Origin: Azolla caroliniana
Taxonomy: Eukaryota > Plantae > Polypodiophyta
Reading direction: 5' to 3'
DNA: 64,000 nucleotides
NCBI GenBank assembly: GCA_043228905.1
Contig: JBHGNT010000010.1
Coordinates: 16,058,001 to 16,122,000, forward strand
The notes beneath the pieces were generated by a model that had not been told where the DNA came from, searched no databases, and was given only the letters and a program-made list of their open reading frames with translations. Positions 61,352 through 64,000 of this stretch are shown in pieces. Made by a program: the position numbers and the translations under genes. Positions within the stretch are counted from its first letter, which is position 1. The number at the start of each line of letters is the position of its first letter.

Positions 61352-63131
61352 TGTCGTAGTGTAAATCGCACACTATAAGAAAATTACATTTTTGGTTCCT
61401 CCGGATGGGACGAAGCAGACCCAACAAGAGCCGAATGAAGAAAGTCAGTAAGAACCAGTAAGGAGGACCCAGTAAGGAGACCCAGTAAGAACCAGATCAA
61501 GCAGAACCAGCAAGAGCCGGATAAAGAAGGCCGGTGAGAGTCTCTTACCGGATGAAGAGACAAATTTGTAAAATAGAAGAAAATATTTACTACGTGCATA
61601 GGGCAGGATTCAAACCATGTACCTCCACGTAGATAAACCCCAACCTTACCATTGTACTAACTTATCCTAAGTGTTCTAAATATAGATTTAATACGTATAA
61701 GACCTTTATTTACGCCTACCTTTATTAAAAGGTAATTCATGCATTTTTAGAATGCGTGAATACTTTAATTATAAGAAAAATGTACACCAATAAAAAAATT
61801 ACTTGTGCACATTTAGTGTGCATGAACACTTTAGAAAAAGCATGAAGCTATGTTTAGCCTCTTCCATCCTTATATAAGGAGGAGAGAAAGATGTATGAGG
61901 TTGTTGATTTTTTACAAGGATTGATCAATCTAATATATTCGTGAGATTCACGAGTTTATCATCAAAATTCTCTTTCTTACAATCTAAATATTGATTAAAT
62001 ACACTAAACACGTGGGATTCACAAGATTTATTTCTTGCTTCTCTTTCTACCTATTTCATAACTAGCCTTATATTGTATTCTTCTTTCTCCTAGTCCAACA
62101 ACTCAGTGGTTCCCACCCGACTCACGCAACGATCCGGAGCCGTAAGGCACGACACAAAGTGGTGAACCCGACGTGAAACCGGGTGACAAGGAGATGGAAA
62201 ATCAACCGGGGTCTAACAACATGATGGCGATGTTTGAGCGGATGCTACAAGAACAACGCGCAATGTCAGAGATTGCGGTGGCAGTAGAGCGGCTCGTGCA
62301 ACAGAACGGGCAATTCAACGGGAAAGACGTGTCACGATATTTGCGAGATTACAAGGCGGAAATGCTACGGTGCGGGATTTCGGAAGGACTGCAAATGACA
62401 TCCTTCAATCGGGTAGCGACCGATGGGCTTCAAGGGAGTATCCACGAGATACGGCAGCAAAATCCGACGTGGGAGGCATTTGAAGACGCGCTAAAGACCA
62501 CGTTCTCCATCGAGGACTCCTCCAAGGCAACGAGGAGGAGATTTGAAGATTGGGTAAAAACACCGCATAAGGGGATGAAGGTCCTCGATGTATTTTCTTC
62601 ATTCGAAAGTCGGTTCGGGAGGTTTTCTACGAGAGATCAAGCTATCCTCGCACCGGACAAAGTGATCATGTTCCTACGAGCCGTGGACATTCGGGACCGG
62701 AAAGATCTTGGAGTGCTTTTGGAGGACATGACCACTAAGAGTGGCCTCACCAAAACATGGGAAAGCGTGTGGGATATCATCGCGTGATACACGAAGATGG
62801 GGCAATGGCTTGCTAATGAAGAAAAGAGGGTTTCAGAACCGATTCCGAAAACAAGATCCGGACTGGAAGACCATCAACCGCGGGCTCAGGAGACTACAAC
62901 CGAGAAGGGAATCGACGCAACCACGGTGGAGCAGTTGCTGAAGGAGATGGAGAATCTAAAAATCGCGATGGTGAAGAAGTTGGATGACTGTCCCACAAGC
63001 TCCAAGTACATGGACCGTCGGTGCATATGGTGCGATAGCACCCAACATGATCGGAGGGATTGCTATGAGCACAAGGAAACGTTACGACGGGATCTTATCT
63101 ACTACGATGGTGAAAACGTAAGTGTTTGTGG
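61352..63131 (+). mobile_element. Family A-related element E: 5' LTR 61352-62154, Trp PBS 62160-62177, gag 62194-63110
   Basis: TGTCGT...ACGACA; gag FNGKDVSRYLRDYKAEM and CIWCDSTQHDRRDC homologous to A2 gag. Confidence 0.85.
61596..61668 (-). ncRNA. Degenerate tRNA-like Pol III promoter module inside the E LTR U3
   Basis: A-box-like TAGTACAATGG, GGAGGT, B-box-like GGTTTGAATCC, downstream TTTT. Confidence 0.55.
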
Positions 63132-64000
63132 TGTCGAGGTATTCCTCGCGGATGCGTGGAATGAGGCGGGACCTCGGGGGTCTTGTACCGAAGAGCAAGA
63201 GAGAAAGGAGAAGGGAAGGGACCCACTAGGTGCGAGCGTAGATCCACAGGGACACGGCCCTTCGACACGAAGACGCGAGCGGGAGACCAACACAGAGAGA
63301 CACGAAGGTATGTATGTATATATTAACAAAGGCAAACAACAAGAAGCACGAAGTCGGTTACAACCGAACAGGCCGGCGAACAGATGCCGATGCCTGTTCG
63401 CAAACTCTCAGAAAGAAAGGAGTAGGTTGGAGGTGCTGCCGGAAGCACTCGGGCATTCCTCAGAGCAGCGTGAGCCTCCCCGAAACCCTGCACTGAAAGA
63501 AGCTACGGAGTATGGAAGAGAGAGAAGCCTTCAACCGAAAACCCGACAGCACTTCGTCCTCTCTGATTCCTCGATGATCCCTTCCTCCTCCCCGTCTCCC
63601 TCCTTTTATAGGCAAGAAAGGAGTCGTTTCCCATTAACTTCCTACCTACCGAATCTACCTACCTAGGATCTTCTATGTACCCAATTCTCTCTTATGTACA
63701 ACATAAGATGTTCGTGCATGAAGAGCCGGTTCCTACGTTCCGGTGCACCGATTCCGCTTGTGGACGGTTTTCTTCACGACATCCGCCCCCACCTAACCGC
63801 GCATCCACCGGCATGCACCAAATTGAGTTGGGACGGAGAAAACCGGTCCAGCCTTCATTCCCCGCCCGTCGGTTCTTCCTTGGTTTCGGATCGTTCGTCG
63901 TCGCGGTCCAGGTTAACCGGATCCGGCTCGTCGTCGTGACGCTTCTTGAACGCTTTGATCCGCTTCCTAGCTACCGGTATCGTCATTCTCGTGCCGTCGA
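63132..64000 (-). mobile_element. Family A copy (A1 subfamily), 3' end: LTR 63132-63781, PPT, integrase tail; continues beyond the window
   Basis: Reverse complement matches A1 3170-3828 and supplies the complete LTR end. Confidence 0.92.

Overview
The window is a gene-free nest of plant LTR retrotransposons, probably from a non-seed land plant (inferred from element types, not proven). I found no host protein gene, rRNA, intact tRNA gene or CRISPR array. Family A is a non-chromodomain Ty3/gypsy group with a tRNA-Trp PBS, TGTCG...CGACA termini and 4-bp TSDs. Its copies lie at 1-3828, 3831-10519, 10937-12072, 13576-14981 (solo LTR), 29784-45972, 34197-44360 (non-autonomous), 61352-63131 and 63132-64000. 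Family D is gypsy with a tRNA-Arg-type PBS and an extra 3' ORF (49197-59819, plus a decayed relative at 12073-15842). Family C is Tto1/Tnt1-like copia with CCGG-rich U3 tandem repeats: a three-LTR tandem 19523-60634, a copy at 36073-41553 and two solo LTRs. Other copia elements are B (16494-60864), F (24227-29677, identical TG...TA LTRs) and a fragment at 15843-16493. Nesting reaches about 8 levels. The main observations all concern family A. All seven readable insertion sites are 4-mers centred on CpG or its deamination product. Two divergent LTRs carry an antisense tRNA-like A-box/B-box module. One LTR carries a U3 block homologous to the copia C LTR. A G_GAU_UUU -1 frameshift with a covarying pseudoknot follows the protease. 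U5 has a motif complementary to the T-arm of the primer tRNA. Coordinates were counted by eye and may be off by a few bases; no database search was run.
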